A DNA stretch of 15,764 nucleotides from assembly GCA_029974275.1 (NCBI GenBank), contig JARKSN010000110.1, positions 1 to 15,764 on the forward strand, in the 5' to 3' direction. The DNA is from Candidatus Hydrogenedentota bacterium (GTDB lineage: Bacteria; Hydrogenedentota; Hydrogenedentia; Hydrogenedentales; SLHB01). Both the position numbers and the translations under genes were made by a program. How positions within the stretch are numbered: the stretch's first letter is position 1; each line of letters opens with the position of its first letter. Under the pieces are notes generated by a model. The model saw only the letters and a list, made by a program, of their open reading frames with translations, made no database searches and had not been told where the DNA came from. Positions 13,552-15,764 of this stretch are shown here, piece by piece.

Positions 13552-15764
13552 ATGCACTCGCGAAGCGTCTGTTTTTTCTTGATGGGTCTCGGCCTATCCT
13601 TGACCGCACAGGGAGCCGAGGGCGGCTCCTGGGTGGCGCCCTACATGGGGCGGCAAACCATGTTCATCGACGGCAAACCGGAAGCGCCGCTTATCTATCT
13701 TTTGTCGGGACCTTCGGCTTCCGAACCCTGGCGGCCAGAGGCGCAAGAAACGATGGGCGCTTTCGCCGAGGAAGGGTATCGCCTGTTCGGCGTCCTGGCA
13801 TGGTTGCAGAACATATGGAAACCGGACGGACTGGACGTCGACCACGTGAAGCGTCAGATTCGCGCCGTCCAGCAGGCGCGCCCAGACGCCCGCATTCTGC
13901 TGCGCATTGCCTTATGGGCTCCGGAGTGGTGGATGGATCAGCATCCGGAGGAACGAATTGGCTGGACCCTGCGGGCAGGCACGCACATTCCCGAGGCCGT
14001 GCGCCAAAATCCGGATGACTGGAAAATGCCTAGCTATGCCTCGACGGTCTGGCGACAAGAAGCAGGGGAACAGCTTCGAAAGCTGCTGCAAGAGCTTGCC
14101 GCCTCTCCCGAGGGTGACGCGGTGTTCGGGCTGCTGGTGACGGGCGGCCAATGGATCGAGTGGTTCTATCCGAAATTCGAGTTCGAGCCGGATAACGGCC
14201 CCGCCATGACGCGTCATTTCCGGCAATGGCTGCGCGCGAAGTACGCAACGGACGACGCCTTGCGGATCGCCTGGAACAAACCCGACGTCACCTTCGACAC
14301 CGCCGAGGTGCCGGGCGTGCCGGAGCGCTTCAAGACGTCCGAACGGATGTTTCGCGATCCCCAAAAGGAGCGGCAGGCCATCGACTACTACAAATGTCAC
14401 CAGGAACTGGTGGCGGACCTTCCCATCGAGTTTTGCCGTATCGCGAAAGAGGCGTGGCCGCGTCCCGTGATAGTAGGCACGTACCATGGCTACCTGCTGC
14501 ACATTACCCATCAGGCTTCCGGCGGTCATTTGGAAATGCAACGCCTGTTCGAGTCGCCCTATATCGACTTCCTGTCGTCGCCGTTCAGTTACGAGTTCGA
14601 TTCGCGGTTCCTGGGCGGCTCCGGTCATTACCGGTGCCTATGGGAAAGTCTGCGCATGCACGGCAAGCTCTGGCTCAACGAGAACGACCACCCCACGCAT
14701 GTCGGCGACATTTTTGGCCGTCCCGGCCCGTTTTGGCCGACAACGGTCGAGGGGGACATTGCCGCGATGCGCCGGAACACGGCGCATTGCTACACGCTCG
14801 GGCAAGGCATGTGGTGGTTTGATTTCGGCCCCGGGGGTTCCAAGGGTCGCGGCCGGTGGTGGGCGCATCCCGCATTGAAGGAGGAGACGGGCAGGCTCTT
14901 GAAATTGTCCGAGGGCTTGTTGAATAAACCGCACGAAAACTCCGCCGATGTCTTGTTCGTCTATGATACCGAATGCTTCTACTACCTGGCGCCGCACTAC
15001 CTGCCCCTATACAACCAGGACAGCCATTGGGACCGCACCGAGACGCTGTCGCTGGAGGCATTGAACGAAACCGTGGCGGGCGCCTACAAGAGCGGCGTGG
15101 CCTTCGACCTGATCCATCTCAACGACCTTGGCGCCGCCGACCTGTCTCGATACAAAACGGTGGTGTTTGGATTCACGCCCTACCTCAGCGAAGCCCACCG
15201 CGCTCTGATTCGCGAAAAGGTGGTCACGCCGGGCCGCACGGTGGTGTGGGTGTATGCGCCGGGCTACGTGGACGGTGAACGGCTAAGCGTCGAACGCGTG
15301 GCGGATACGGTGGGGATGGCGATCACAAAATCGACGGTCAACTTGCCGCCGCAATTGCTCTTGCGGGAAGGAAGCATTACGCCGAACTTCCCGGAGACGC
15401 GCATCAACGCGCGGGTCCAGGATGCGTGGACCGCTCCGACCTTCCAAGTGACGGACCCCGAAGCGAAAGCGTTGGGCTACTACGGCGGTTCGGTCGAAGT
15501 GGCGTTGGCGCGCAAAGAAGTCAACGGAGCCGCCGTGTGGTATTCGGCGCTGCCGTTGAAGCATCCTCCGTTGATGCGAGAGATTTTCCGGGAGTCGGGG
15601 GCGCACATCTACAACGAAAAAAACGACGTGGTCAGTGCGGGCGGCGGGGTGCTGTGGATTCACACCGAGACCGGCGGCAAGCGCACCCTGACCTTGCACA
15701 ACGGCAAAAAAGTGAAAATCAACCTCGCCCCGTGGTCCACCGTGATACTCGATAGCGACACGGG
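13552..15764 (+). CDS. Secreted GH42-like (beta-galactosidase-like, clan GH-A) glycoside hydrolase, 3'-partial (at least 737 aa)
   Basis: Frame from ATG 13552 appears open to the window edge: signal peptide MHSRSVCFFLMGLGLSLTAQG, MFIDGKP, APEWWMDQHPEE, SYASTVWRQ, GGQWIEWFY, FRQWLRAKY.TDDALRIAWN, GKLWLNEND, then trimerisation-like region GVAFDLIHLNDL...DLSRYKTVVF. Absent from the ORF track (no stop in window). Confidence 0.88.
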   Translation, partial: MHSRSVCFFLMGLGLSLTAQGAEGGSWVAPYMGRQTMFIDGKPEAPLIYLLSGPSASEPWRPEAQETMGAFAEEGYRLFGVLAWLQNIWKPDGLDVDHVKRQIRAVQQARPDARILLRIALWAPEWWMDQHPEERIGWTLRAGTHIPEAVRQNPDDWKMPSYASTVWRQEAGEQLRKLLQELAASPEGDAVFGLLVTGGQWIEWFYPKFEFEPDNGPAMTRHFRQWLRAKYATDDALRIAWNKPDVTFDTAEVPGVPERFKTSERMFRDPQKERQAIDYYKCHQELVADLPIEFCRIAKEAWPRPVIVGTYHGYLLHITHQASGGHLEMQRLFESPYIDFLSSPFSYEFDSRFLGGSGHYRCLWESLRMHGKLWLNENDHPTHVGDIFGRPGPFWPTTVEGDIAAMRRNTAHCYTLGQGMWWFDFGPGGSKGRGRWWAHPALKEETGRLLKLSEGLLNKPHENSADVLFVYDTECFYYLAPHYLPLYNQDSHWDRTETLSLEALNETVAGAYKSGVAFDLIHLNDLGAADLSRYKTVVFGFTPYLSEAHRALIREKVVTPGRTVVWVYAPGYVDGERLSVERVADTVGMAITKSTVNLPPQLLLREGSITPNFPETRINARVQDAWTAPTFQVTDPEAKALGYYGGSVEVALARKEVNGAAVWYSALPLKHPPLMREIFRESGAHIYNEKNDVVSAGGGVLWIHTETGGKRTLTLHNGKKVKINLAPWSTVILDSDT

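Noticed and set aside
13594..15755. Short track ORFs in the last 2.2 kb
   Set aside because: All are shadows of the single GH42-like frame starting at 13552.

Overview
GC-rich bacterial chromosomal window (gene content loosely suggests Candidatus Hydrogenedentes or a PVC-like lineage; unverified). Left to right: 3' end of a sugar-phosphate isomerase/epimerase; a Gfo/Idh/MocA oxidoreductase with an abrupt internal codon-usage switch (possible chimera); a minus-strand operon (membrane-anchored CarboxypepD_reg-repeat protein, ABC ATPase, permease, second ABC ATPase) divergent from a YtrA-type GntR regulator; and tRNA-Pro(CGG). A decayed ~2.8 kb island follows the tRNA. It holds a frameshifted 3' end of a large serine recombinase reading antisense into the tRNA, short intergenic repeats, a truncated phage AAA_24/Sak4-like ATPase and an intact toxin-immunity module. 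That module, the most interesting element, is a short MuF (phage head morphogenesis) Cys/His motif fused to a barnase-family RNase, then barstar 1, a decayed copy of the toxin's last 23 codons, and a diverged barstar 2. The window ends with two divergent secreted glycoside-hydrolase-like genes; the second (GH42-like, 13552 to the edge) is missing from the ORF track. All family assignments come from motif recognition by eye, not database searches.
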